Assembly (NCBI RefSeq): GCF_009914755.1
Contig: NC_060933.1
Strand: one strand, 5' to 3'
DNA: 64,000 nucleotides
DNA from: the human T2T-CHM13v2.0 reference genome, Homo sapiens
The notes under the pieces were generated by a model, which saw only the letters and a program-made list of their open reading frames with translations, was not told the origin of the DNA and did no database searches. The position numbers and the translations under genes were made by a program. This document shows positions 1 to 16,392 of the stretch, piece by piece (position 1 is the first letter of the stretch; each line of letters opens with the position of its first letter).

Positions 1-1246
<1,246 letters not shown>

Positions 1247-1803
1247 GGCAGCACCTTTCAAAATTACAAGTCTGCATCCCTGGGACCCTGCAAGTCCACC
1301 CTAGGATTTATCCTGCAGATCAGGCTCTGGTATCGGAAACGATGGACACAGGAAACCATTCACTGCAACGACGAAAAGCAAAAGACTGGGAGCCACAGAA
1401 AGACGGCGCCAGCAGGGAAGAGCCCAGCAGGACCTGCAGGAAACGGGGGTGGCTGGTCCCTCGGGAGGGCCTTGGGCCTGAGGAGAGGAGAAAACGCCTT
1501 CCCTCTACAACACTTTGTGCCTTTTGAATGCTGAACCACATGCATTTATGACCCAGTTCAACAACAGTCATTTAAGAGACAACCAAAACCGTTAGCCACA
1601 TGCCCGGCTATTCTTCAACGCACTGTGGCCAGAATGAAGCTCCCTCCTCTTTCTTCCCTCCTTCCTGGACCAAACCCTGCTCCCCTCACATCACTGTGGA
1701 GAACTGGCCTTTAACCACTACCAGCTGTCCAGACAAGACAGAAAAACCAGGCCTCCGGGGCCAACCCAGGGGCGCCCGGAGGGCCAGGCAGCGGGGGACT
1801 CAC

Positions 1804-1884
1804 GGTGATGATGTCCAGGATGCTGAGCAGGCTGTGGACGCTGTCTCCCGCCAGAACCTCTTTCACCACCACCTCGGTGCCGTC
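1804..1884 (-). CDS. PNPLA7: PNPLA7 coding exon 8 ([27 protein letters not shown]), first cNMP-binding domain; gene continues beyond window start
   Basis: CAG acceptor, GTGAGT donor, 81 nt phase 0/0, in frame with the upstream exons. Confidence 0.93.
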
Positions 1885-3479
1885 CTGTGCTTGGAGAGCA
1901 GAGTGGGTGCCGTCAGGTCTGGGGCTGCGACCGCGGGGCCTGGCGGAGGCTCAGCCCAGCCCAGGGCAGTGGGGCCACGGGCCTGCACCTCTGAGGCGCC
2001 ATGAGAGCAGCAGGCACCTTGGATGGAGGGCAGGGGACAAGATGGACCTGCTGGCATCAGGGGTACAACACACAGGAAGCGGCAGCAAGGAAAACAGACG
2101 GAGGAGACCCCACCTCTCCATCCCATGACTCGTCTTCAATGTGGGGACTGAGGCAAAAGCTCGCAGAGCCTGTTTGTTTGCTGAGCTAACTATAAGGACT
2201 CCGAGGACCGATTCAGTTATTACCAGCCTAAATTCCAGAACTTTGATATAATTTTCCATTAGGTAAAAAAAGAAAAGAAACCGCGCTATTTTGGTGATTT
2301 AACAAAGTAAGCACTTCATCTCAGCTTGACCCAGGAAAATTCTTTATGAAGTTGCCCAAATCTGGCCCCAGTCCCCTCCATGAGCCCCTCCCATCTAGTC
2401 CAAAGGCCAGAGGGACACGGGTTCTGGTCCTTCAGGAGGGCCCCGCACGAGCGGCAACGAAAGCCGCTGCTTCACCAGCTGGGCGGCCTCATCCCCAGGA
2501 GCTACTGGCTCCAGCTTCCCCCAAGCCCCTTTCCCTTCTAATAACCCATCAAGTCCAGCCACAGACAAAGCGACAAACCTGAGAACCAAATAATTTGCCC
2601 AGCAGCGCTTTTGGTCTAGAAACCCCGACAGGCAGTGCCGGAGCTGGCGTGGGATCACAGCCCACTCCCGGGACCACAGCTGGCAGGAGCCCTGCAGGTC
2701 AGGGTGATGATCACACAAAGCCCAGGGTTTGCTGAGTGCGTGCTTTAAATGAGAACAAGCAATGGGAAGTCTGGGTCGCAAACTGCCCAGACAGACAAAG
2801 CCACACCACCCTCCAGGAGAGCAACACAGCGCCAAAGAGGCCACGGCAGGGTCTGGCCCAGCACCCACCCCCGAGCAGCGATTCAAAGGGTGGAATTTAA
2901 CAGAGGCAGGAAACAAGTATTGAGCTCCTACGTGGATTCACACCCGAATTTTTTTTTTTTTGAGACAGGGTCTCGCTCTGTCGCCCAGGCTGGAGTGCAG
3001 TGGCGTGAACACAGCTCACTATAGCCGCAACCTCCCAGACTCAAGCGATCCTCCCACCTCAGCCCCCAAGTGGCTGGGACCACAGGTGCTACCACCATGC
3101 CTGGATAATTATTTTTTATTTTTTGTAGAGACGGGGTCTCACTACTTCGTCCAAGCTGGTCTCTAAGCCGTGGGCTCAGGTGATCTTCCCACCTTGGCCT
3201 TAATTACTTTCTTACAATTAATTTAATTTTGTTAGAAACCTGAAAATAGAGCAAGGGTTCAATGGACCATGGCAAATCAACACAGTGACTTACTACTAAA
3301 CTATCAAAGGGAGTATTCTGAGGACTTGGAAGATACATTTAAAACAGCTGCCCAGCCCAGTGCCTCATGCCTGTAATTCCAGTGCTCTGAGAGGACAAGA
3401 TGGGAGAATCGCCTGAGCACAGGAATTGCTGATGAGCCCGGACAACAAACTGAGACTCCATCTCTACAAAAAAATTTTA

Positions 3480-3638
<159 letters not shown>

Positions 3639-3803
3639 CTAAATAAAATGTAATAAAAAATAAAAACGGTGAGTTTTCCCCCAAAGAAATTAAAATCAAA
3701 ATTTTGCCTAGCTTTTCAATGAGAAACGTTTTACAGCCCGAGAAGACAGACGTGGAGGTAAATGCGCAGCCGCCTGACCCCGCCCCGCCGCCCTGCGACT
3801 CAC

Positions 3804-3963
3804 AGTGTCCTGGATGCAGACCTCCAGCCGCCCGTCCTGCACCACACAGATGCTGGGGTCCGGCTCCCTGGGCTGGAAGACGTGCTCCCCTTCCTGCAGC
3901 TGCACAAAGACGATGTGTTTGCAAAGCTCCAGGAACAGCGGCTTCTCAAAGTGGCCCAGGACC
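3804..3963 (-). CDS. PNPLA7: PNPLA7 coding exon 7 ([16 protein letters not shown]...LEVCIQDT), cNMP-binding domain
   Basis: CAG acceptor, GTGAGT donor, 160 nt; NTE/swiss-cheese family sequence. Confidence 0.95.
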
Positions 3964-4593
3964 CTGCAAGAGCCAGAGGGCACTGTGGGACGCCCTTCCA
4001 GGGGAGGAGGACGGCCTCTCCAAGAGTCTCGAGAGCACACGGTCACTGACCCCACTGGCGCCAGGCTTTGTGCTGTGGGTCCACACGGCTGACCAACAAA
4101 CCACACAGCATTACTGCCAAACACAACCGTCAACTTCTGAAATTCCCGTGAGCCTGTTTTCCATCACCTCAGAGAACTTCTTGACCCGTGAACCTGAGCC
4201 ACACACACACGGGAGGAAGGCAAAGGTGGCCTCCAGGATGGTGAGCTGGGCCAGGGAGCGGAAGGGGTGCAGTCCAGGGGCCAGGCAGCAAGACAGGAGC
4301 ACAGAGCAGAACCCAGGCTCCAGGCTTTGGATCCACCACACCCTTCTTGCTCTTGCCCTGGGTTCACCGCTGAAGATGAAACACCGGGAAATCGTTCAAC
4401 AGAACAAGAAAGATCTGGTGAAGGAGCCAGCAGACCACGAGGCCCCGCCACGGGGCACAGACACCAGCAGCCCCACGATGCGCTTTGCCAACCATTCCCC
4501 CAACACAAGACGGCCAAGCTGGAGCCAGGCCCCAGCGAGAAGCCCGGGGCTATGGGAGCTGCCGCAGCCCCCGGGGCTCATCCCCGCTCTTAC

Positions 4594-4734
4594 CGAACGT
4601 TTTTCAGCATGTACAGAACTTCCGATGGCAGGTGAGAATTCTTCACGTCAAACTCCGTGAGGTCGGCCTCCAGCAGGGAGGGCGGGGGCTCCTTGGGCTG
4701 CAGGGCCGGGTATTCCTTCTTGAAACGCAGAATC
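4594..4734 (-). CDS. PNPLA7: PNPLA7 coding exon 6 ([25 protein letters not shown]...YMLKNV)
   Basis: TAG acceptor, GTAAG donor, 141 nt, frame-consistent. Confidence 0.95.
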
Positions 4735-4885
4735 CTACAAGGCAGAGACACACTAGCCTTGAGCAGACCAGGCGGGTTCGAAACCCACAGCATCAGTGGC
4801 TGACACACCAGGCAGCTCAGGGTTGGGGAGGCCAGCACCATGGGGGGCACCTGGGGCAGGATGTGGTCTGAAGGACACACAGTAC

Positions 4886-4977
4886 CTCTTGGCCAAAGAC
4901 AGCACCTTGGTCCTCTTCCTGGCCCGCTGCCGGGGCAGGGCAGTGTTCTCCACAAGGGTGTTGGGGAGTGTGGTCAC
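4886..4977 (-). CDS. PNPLA7: PNPLA7 coding exon 5 ([30 protein letters not shown])
   Basis: CAG acceptor, GTACT donor, 92 nt, frame-consistent. Confidence 0.93.
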
Positions 4978-5778
4978 CTGCAGAGCCAAGGGAGAGACCA
5001 GCCACTGACCCTGCAAGCCGCAAGGTCCAAGCTCTTTGCCATGGGGATCAGTCCTCAGGACCTGCCTGTGGGCCTCCCACAGTCCCAGCTTCAGCTCCTG
5101 GGGTCTGGCTGTGCCATTTTCCCACCCTGCCTGGCCTGTGAGGGAATGTTGGCAGCGATACAGCCCCACACATCCTTGGGATCGTCCTCACTGTCCCCAA
5201 ACAGCCAACCCTCCAGAGCCCCCAGGCTTCATGCCTGCTGGCCCCGCTGCCCCGAAGGCTGACACCCGCTCCATCTTTGGCTCTCATACTGGTCAACACA
5301 ACCCTTTGCTACAACCCTTTAAAAATCCACCACTGTCCCCACCGACCTTCCCCCCCAACTTCCCCTCTGACCTGGGGCCACTGCCCACTCTGTCCCATAT
5401 CTGGAACAGTCTTCCTCCCTTTTCTCAGGCAGTGCCTGCTTGACTGCCCAGAATAGCAGTGGCCTGGGTCACACCCTGCATGCTGGCAGGGTCACCTCAC
5501 TCAGGCCCCACTGCCTGCTGCCCCTCGGTCCAGAGCTGTCAGCCTCATGGCTTTCCTCCCAGGCCCTCAGCTTCCCTGTCCTCTGTGGGGCCACTGGATG
5601 ATGGCCGACACTCAACAGACCGCCTCCACTCTGCTCCAGACCACCCTACGCCCTGTCCCGGCCGCCTAAGCCTGTCCCAGACCCAGCCTACAGCAGCCCT
5701 AACTCATCTGCCCTTTCACAGCACTTAATGCGGATGAGAACAGATGAGTCACAGACACCCACATCCCTCCCCTCTTGA

Positions 5779-6090
<312 letters not shown>

Positions 6091-6682
6091 TGAGCCACCG
6101 TGCCCGGCCGAGTTTTTCAATTTTCTATGAAGAACACGAATTAGTTGTACAACCAGAAAAAGGTAACAAAGATTGCTTTAAAGGGATCAGTCTGTGCGGT
6201 TTCTGTGAAGCTTCTGGGTGGTCTGTTGAGCACCTCCTGGGCCCTTCAGGAGTGCAGGGAGGCGGCCAGGGGAGGCCTCCGACAGCCCAATTGGCCAAAG
6301 ACGAGGAAGGGTTAAACCAAGGCTGCTTATTCCCCAGATCGGGGCTTGTGAAACTCGGATCCCTGAGCCCTGGCCCAGGGATCTGTGTCTAGGTTCCGGA
6401 ACCACCCAGACATTCAAAGTGAGTCACGCAGCTTTCAGCTTAGAGCACACATGCCGGTAACCAGGGAACTCAGCCCCTCAAATCCCAGGGGATGGACTCT
6501 GTCCTCAGCTCAGCATCCCAAAGCCTGGCAGAGACCTCCAAGCTTGGCAGCAGAGTCAGGAACCTCTGGCCGAGCGTGAGGCCCTCTGCACCCACTGGGC
6601 CCCAGTGATGTTCCTAGAAAGCAGCTTTCCGTTCTCACTTATTGTTAAAATAAACATCCACTCTGGGGGCCGACAGGGCCTT

Positions 6683-7668
6683 TGTGAGCGGCAAGCGACT
6701 GAGGGCATGAGCTGTTCCAGTATAATAAAATATATAAAATAAGAATAGTTATACTACATATAGATCTTAGATATGATTATATATGAATATCATTAATCAT
6801 TAGCTTGTAGCAATTACTCTTTATTCCAATATTATAATAATCCTCACTCTATAATCATAGCCTAGGAAAAACCAGGCCATACAGAGATAGGAGCTGAGGG
6901 GACATAGTGAGGAGTGACCAGAAGACAAGAGTGCGAGCCTTCTGTTATGCCCGGACAGGGCCACCAGAGGGCTCCTTGGTCTAGTGGTGACGCCAGCGTC
7001 TGGGAAGATGCCTGTTGCCAAGCGGACCGTGATCTAGCGGTAGCGTCAGTGTCAAGGAAAAACACCTGCTACTTAGCAGACAGGGAAAGGGAGTCTCCCT
7101 TTCCCCAGGGGAGTTCAGAGATGACTCTACCCCTCCACCTCCTGTGGAGGGCCTGACATCAGTCAGGTTCGCCCGCAGTTATCCGGAGGCCTAACCGTCT
7201 CCCTGTGATGCTGTGCTTCAGTGGTCACGCTCCTAGTCCGCCTTCATGTTCCATCCTGTACACCTGGCTCTGTCTTTTAGATAGCAGTAGTCAATTAGTG
7301 AAAGTACTAAAAGTCTCTGATATGCAGAAATAATGGCATAAGCTATCTTTCTCTCTCTCTCCTCTCTCTCTCTGTCTCGGCTGCCAGGCAGGGAAGGGCC
7401 TCCTGTCAAGCAGACACGTGAACCACGGGACCTTACCTATCATTGGAGATGGCTCACACTCCTTACCCTGCCCCTTTGTCTTGTATCCAATAAATATCAG
7501 TGCAGCCTGGCATTCAGGGCCACTACTGGTCTCCGCGTCTTGGTGGTAGTAGTCCCCAGGACCCAGCTGTCTTTTCTTTTATCTTTTTGTCTTGTGTCTT
7601 TATTTCTACACTCTCTCGTCTCCGCACAGGGGGAGAAACCCACCGACCCTGTGGGGCTGGGCCCTACA
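6683..7668 (+). mobile_element. Solo LTR13 (ERVK-class LTR), copy 1, in PNPLA7 intron, antisense to host gene
   Basis: TG...CA ends, 6-bp TSD GGCCTT (6677-6682 and 7669-7674), internal AATAAA at 7489, sequence resembles LTR13 as I recall it. Confidence 0.9.
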
Positions 7669-7991
7669 GGCCTTCCCTCCCCTCCGGCCACTGTGCACCA
7701 CAGACATTCCTGAAGCTGCCCCTCCAGGCCAGGGGGAGTAGAGGCCTGAGAGGGTGAGGGGTTATTCTTGGGTAAAACACACTGGATTCAGCTGGAGGAA
7801 GCAGACACCATTCGGCACAATTTATAATTTCCCCCAAACCCTGAGCCTGGTGGCAGAGCTGGGAAGCTGGGGAGAGGACAGCACACGCCAAGCACTGCCC
7901 AGCCTGGGGGAGCCCGCAGCAGAAGGGGTCCCTCCCACAGGGGCCTGCTCGAGGAAGCCGTGTGCAGCCTGGGGCCCCGAGCAACAGCTAC

Positions 7992-8071
7992 CTTCCTCAT
8001 GATCTTCCGGCCGTAAAACATCACTTTGTCTCTCTTCCGGAACCGGTACTGAGGAGTGGGCTGTGCTTGTC
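7992..8071 (-). CDS. PNPLA7: PNPLA7 coding exon 4 ([26 protein letters not shown])
   Basis: CAG acceptor, GTA donor, 80 nt; conserved NTE-family RFRKRDKV motif. Confidence 0.95.
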
Positions 8072-8470
8072 CTGCAGGGGAGTAAAGGGATGGCCTGAGG
8101 TAGAGCCGTGGCACAGGCCTGGTCCTGGACATGCAGGTGCAGCACAGTCAGTCATACTCTCGTCCCTGCCAGTAACTGGCCATACTCAGACAGCATGAGG
8201 GAAGAGGGCCTGAGTGACAGGCTCATCTCCAACAAAGGGGGCTCTCCCCTCTTCCCACTGAAGCCTTGCTCAGGAGAGGAGAACAGAAAGGGCTCTGAAC
8301 AGACTTGGCTTCCTGGAACCGACGGGCTCAGCCTGAGCCCAGACGGGCCATCAGATTCTAGCCAAAGCCACCATGCGCTTGAGGGCCCCTCCCAGGGGCT
8401 CAAAACACATCCCAAGACACCCACGCTTTCCCCCAACCCCCCGGGCCAGAGTCGGAACCAAGATACTCAC

Positions 8471-8558
8471 GAAATTGTCTAAGCCTTCTGAACATGAAAA
8501 GGATGAGGACACCAACCAAGGCCAGGGCCAGGAGGGCTCCAACTGCAATCCCCGTCAG
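8471..8558 (-). CDS. PNPLA7: PNPLA7 coding exon 3, N-terminal transmembrane helix ([29 protein letters not shown])
   Basis: CAG acceptor, GTGAGT donor, 88 nt; hydrophobic segment followed by basic residues. Confidence 0.93.
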
Positions 8559-8746
8559 CTGGCCGAGAGTGGAAACACGGCGCCCATCAGCAAAGCCACA
8601 AACCTAACCCTAGCCCTAAGCCTGCCCCCACCCCTGGCTGCCCAACCACAGGCTGGGCAGGAATGAGCCAGGGGATGGGGACAGGGAGAGGTGAAAAAGG
8701 CCACGGCCCATCCAGGTCTGGCTCCAGGGAAGCGTGAGGTGATTAC

Positions 8747-8821
8747 CATGGTGGACGGTGAACCTTCCTCCGTGAACCACAGTCCCCAAGAGTGCAGGGC
8801 GGTGCCCAGGCAGAAGTCAGC
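8747..8821 (-). CDS. PNPLA7: PNPLA7 coding exon 2 (ADFCLGTALHSWGLWFTEEGSPSTM), symmetric 75-nt cassette exon
   Basis: CAG acceptor, GTAAT donor, phase 0/0 so it can be skipped in frame. Confidence 0.85.
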
Positions 8822-9628
8822 CTGCAGCAGAGAGCATGGGGTCAGGTGGGCATGGACAGGCTTCCCAGCCCGAACTTGTTCAGAGCAGCAGGAGGAGAGC
8901 TGGGAGTTAGGGGAGAAGTCAGCAGCCCTGGAGACTTCTGGGAAGAAGTGATCTCGCCCGGGGTGCCGGGGTCCTCTGAGCCCCCTGCTAGGAAGCACTC
9001 AGAGAGCAACCTGGCTCCCTCAGTCACTGGGATACAGTGGGGCAGGGCCAGCGGCTGCCCCAGGCATCACTAACACACCCACATGCTGGTGATGCAATCC
9101 TTGGGATGCAGGTCTCAGGGAGCAGGCCTGGCCAAAGGGGAGGCCAAGGCCCCCCTCTCAGTGTCGCCTCAGCCCCAGCAGGAGCAGTGCTCAAAACCCC
9201 TATGAGCCATCTGGATTCTGAGAACATTCAACACCAGTTCACATGCCAAACAAGGAGGCAGCGGCCGAGAAGGCTCTGTGTCCTGCAGTCTCCTGGAGCA
9301 GCAGGACTTCAGAAGTCCAGGTCCGCGGGAGGGAGGGAAGAGAGGGTGAGGGCAGGATGGTGAGTGAACGACAGCAGAGGACGCTGGTGGTTCCAAGAAG
9401 TGAAAGAGAAAACGAGAAGACGAGAAGACGACACCAGCCAGACAGGCAGCCCTCTCCATTCCTGCTGGCATCACACCTTCCTCCCAGGCAGCCAGGAACC
9501 GGATAGGGCAGGGGAAGCCACTGGTTCAGCCTGAAAGTTTCTACACAAGAGCCAAGGCCTAAAACAACACCCACCCCCGCCTCACTGCAGAGAGCAGGAC
9601 TCCCATCCGTGCCAGAAAATCCAGGGAA

Positions 9629-10960
<1,332 letters not shown>

Positions 10961-11330
10961 ACACAGAAAAAGGTTCTAAGCAAAACCATCAGGCAAAGTC
11001 CTAAAGGAACTGGAAGTAGCAACTGTGACCTTAGGGGAAGAAAAGACAAGGCCTCAGGCAATGCCCATGGGCCACCGCTGGCTGCCCTCGCTGTGAACAA
11101 TGCCCATGGGCCACCACTGGCTGTCTGCTGTGACAGGCGCGTCTAACAAGTGCTGGCAGCTGTGACAGGCAGCAGAGAGGGGCCAGATCCACCACTCCCA
11201 CAGTCCTCAGGCGCCAAGAAGCCACGGGGCCAAAGAGCGCGGCAGAGCAGACGCCAAGAGGACCCTTCTCTGGGTCCAGAAATGCCCCCCAACTGGGAAA
11301 TCCAGGCATCTGGTCCCCCGAGTTACATAC

Positions 11331-11360
11331 CTGTGGGCTGTCATCTTTCTCTTCCTCCAT
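11331..11360 (-). CDS. PNPLA7: PNPLA7 first coding exon (MEEEKDDSPQ)
   Basis: GCCATGG strong Kozak context, GTATGT donor at 11325-11330. Confidence 0.92.
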
Positions 11361-11746
11361 GGCCAGAAACAGAAAAAACAGTCAGGGGCGAAAAGCAGAC
11401 AGCCTGAAGCAAACAAGGGCACACCTCTACCCGCTCATGCTCACACCTGGACACTTTTCCCTGGGTTCCTTTCAAGTCAAATTATGTTTCACTGAAAGGA
11501 AAATCCTGCTGAAAAAGTCTGTTCTCCAGGAAGAAAAGCTGTCTTTTGAGAAGTGTCTGTCATCTGCTAGGAGCCACCTCCTTCCCTCTGTAAACAGCCC
11601 TCACGTGGCTGTCCCGGAACCCAGAACAGCAGCCAGATGGGGCGTATCCAAGCAGGTCAAGAGGAGCCAGGCCCAGCGCGGCGGGGATGGGGGCAGCGCT
11701 GCCTTCTGGAGAAGCACGGCTGGAGGGGAGGTGACGCTGGCGGGGC

Positions 11747-12341
11747 GTGGATCCGGGGTGTGGGGATGCAGCTGGGGAGGAGGGTGCAGCTGGGGAGGGG
11801 GTGGATCCGGCGTGTAGGGGTACCGCTGGGGAGTGGGTGCAGCTGGGGAGGGGGTGGATCTGGGGTGTGGGGGTGCCGCTGGGGAGTGGGTGCAGCTGGG
11901 GAGGGGGTGGATCCGGCGTGTAGGGGTACCGCTGGGGAGTGGGTGCAGCTGGGGAGGGGGTGGATCTGGGGTGTGGGGGTACTGCTGGGGAGAGGGTGCA
12001 GCTGGGGAGCGCGTGGATCCGGCGAGTGGGGGTACCGCTAGGGAGGGGGTGCAGCTGGGGAGGGGGTGGATCTGGGGTGTGGGGGTGCCGCTGGGGAGGG
12101 GGTGCAGCTGGGGAGGGGGTGGATCTGGGGCGTGGGGGTGCCGCTGGGGAGGGGGTGCAGCTGGGGAGGGGGTGGATCTGGGGCGTGGGGGTGCCGCTGG
12201 GGAGGGGGTGCAGCTGGGGAGGGGATGGATCTGGGGTGTGGGGGTACCGCTGGGGAAGGGCGTGCAGCTGGAGAGGGGATGGATCTGGGCTGTGGGGGTG
12301 CCGCTGGGGACGGGGTGCAGCTGGGGAGGGGGTGGATCCGG
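11747..12341. repeat. G-rich minisatellite, ~53-bp unit, ~11 copies
   Basis: GGGTGCAGCTGGGGAGGGGGTGGATC recurs at 11835, 11888, 11941 etc. Confidence 0.95.
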
Positions 12342-12811
12342 ATTGTGAGGGTGCGGCTTGGGGGCGACTTCCGCGTGGGGTGAGAGGTCGCCTGCGAGGG
12401 TGACCGGGCAGGAGGGCTCAGTGCGCAAGCCGGACGTGCTGGGTCCAAGATTATTGATTAATTTGGGCACCGCGAGGGCTCGAGTCCCCCCACACCACTG
12501 CCCGGCCTGCGGGGGAGCACAGACAGCCCGGGCCCTCCCGGCTGCAGGTCCCGGGCTTTCCCCGCGCGGTTGCCGGCTCCGCCCAGAGGAGCCGCGCCCG
12601 GCGGAGGGGTAAGAAAGGCAGGGTCGCGGCGTCAACGCGGCGGCCGTCTCGAGTCCAGGGCCCGCGTCCTCCCCGACCTCCCGACGCCACCTCACGGCCT
12701 CAGGGGGACTGGGCTCCCGGGAAACCGCCGGCCACCTGGCGGACGAACACAGGCAGTGGCGGGCAGTGGAGACGCCAGGGACCACCGCGCTGAGAGCGAT
12801 CACTCATCCGC

Positions 12812-12942
12812 CAGCCCCGCCCCGCGAGCCCCGCCCCGCCCCGCGAGCCCCGCACCGCCGGCCCCGCACCGCCGGCCCCGCACCGCCGGCCCCGCACCGC
12901 CGGCCCCGCACCGCCAGCCCCGCGAGCCCCGCCCCGCCCCGC
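12812..12942. repeat. 14-bp GC-rich tandem repeat (CCCCGCACCGCCGG x~5, flanked by CCCCGCCCCGCGAG units)
   Basis: Direct inspection. Confidence 0.9.
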
Positions 12943-13132
12943 GCGCTCCTCGCATTGGCCGAGTCCCCGCGGCCACACCCCCTACCAGATTGGGGCCGCT
13001 ATTGGACGCGGCGGCCGCGGCCAATCGGAGCCGCTCTTGCTGCGACGCAGCGGTCGGAAGCGGAGCAAGGTCGAGGCCGGGTTGGCGCCGGAGCCGGGGC
13101 CGCTTGGAGCTCGTGTGGGGTCTCCGGTCCAG

Positions 13133-13649
<517 letters not shown>

Positions 13650-13688
13650 CTGGGCGGGGGAGGGGCGGCCTGCCCTCATCTCATTTCT

Positions 13689-13694
13689 ATTAAA
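13689..13694 (+). terminator. MRPL41 polyadenylation signal ATTAAA
   Basis: 40 nt after the stop, followed by a GT/T-rich downstream element. Confidence 0.8.
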
Positions 13695-14240
13695 CGCCTT
13701 TGCCAGCTATACGGTGTTTGTTTTTTGGCCTCAGGTCATGGCAAAGTGTGCAGCATGACAGATTTCAGTGCAGGCACCTAAGCCGAGTTCTCATGCAGAC
13801 TCGGCGCTGTGAACCTCTTTGGAGGTCATCTTCCGAGTCCGAAGGTTCTGGGAACCTGCCAAGGGCAAACATCACTCAGCTTGCAGGAGAAAGAATTTAC
13901 AAGGCAGATTGTGCCGGATGACAGCACTGGTCAGTTCATCCCCCAAATTATTCACCCAGGGAACAAAGATACAGAGATGGGGGTCTCACTATGCTGCCCA
14001 GGCTGAGAACTCATGGGCTGAAATGATCCGCCCGCCTCAGCCTCCCAAAATGCTGGGATTACAGGTGTGAGCCACTGCGCCCAGCCTAGGAAAATTTCCT
14101 GTTGCAATCTGACATATAGTGACATGTTGTGTTGTATCATCAGAAAAGAAGAAAGGGATAAGGCCAGGTGCGGTGGCTCACGCCTGTAATCCCAGCACAT
14201 TGGGAGGCTGAGGCGGGAGGATCACAAGATTAGGAGTTCA

Positions 14241-14483
<243 letters not shown>

Positions 14484-14757
14484 TCATTAGTAAATGCTGA
14501 GGATTTGACAAATAGTGGCCTGTACCTCAACCACAGTTCCTCCCAGAGAGACAAAAGCCCTCACAGCAGGAGTTGGATGTAACACACCCAGTTTGTTCAC
14601 ACACCTAAAGTCACCATCTGTCCAGTATTTGGGAGCTAACCCGTGTGGGTGCTGCAGTGATGAGTGTTCCCTACAGACTTCACATATTTCAAGCTGATGA
14701 CCCCCAAGGCAACTTGGAACACACACTCCCTTTTACTTACCTGCATAGGGATCCAAT

Positions 14758-15992
<1,235 letters not shown>

Positions 15993-16074
15993 TACAAGCA
16001 TTTCTGGTGCCATGATGAGGCATAAAATGTTCATTTTAAACATGTTATAAACTCGTGTTTTTCAAAAAACTTCA

Positions 16075-16080
16075 TTTAAT
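16075..16080 (-). terminator. Probable DPH7 polyadenylation signal ATTAAA
   Basis: ~310 nt past the stop, in AT-rich context. Confidence 0.7.
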
Positions 16081-16392
16081 ACAAATAGTTGCTTAAACAA
16101 GTATGAAAGGCTGAAAGTCAAAATCTGCCTGAGAAACTTAACAAATCTGCAAGCTGGAAACCGCGTCTTTTCCCCACTCTCTGCCAGACAGAATCACCCA
16201 GTCCACTTTCAGGGGCCCAGCAGGGAAGCTGATTTAAGAGAAGTCAACAGCTTTTCTGACTACACTGTGGATTCCATCAGTGCACAGGCACCTGCAGGGC
16301 TGCAGTAAGCATCTCTGATGAGGTGGTCCCGGGCACTCACTCGCAGTCTCCCTCCTGGTTTCCTTGTGGGAAGGGGCTTCATGATTTCAAGC

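Noticed and set aside
3704-4660. 318-aa + strand ORF
   Set aside because: Antisense to PNPLA7 exons 6-7, TTG start, no recognisable domain.
11059-11133. Small local tandem duplications (39 bp here; similar ones at ~25468-25530, ~26160-26207, ~43983-44036)
   Set aside because: Ordinary slippage duplications with no functional signal I can support.
11601-12803. 400-aa Pro-rich ORF and overlapping Gly/Trp-rich ORFs
   Set aside because: Translations of the 53-bp minisatellite.
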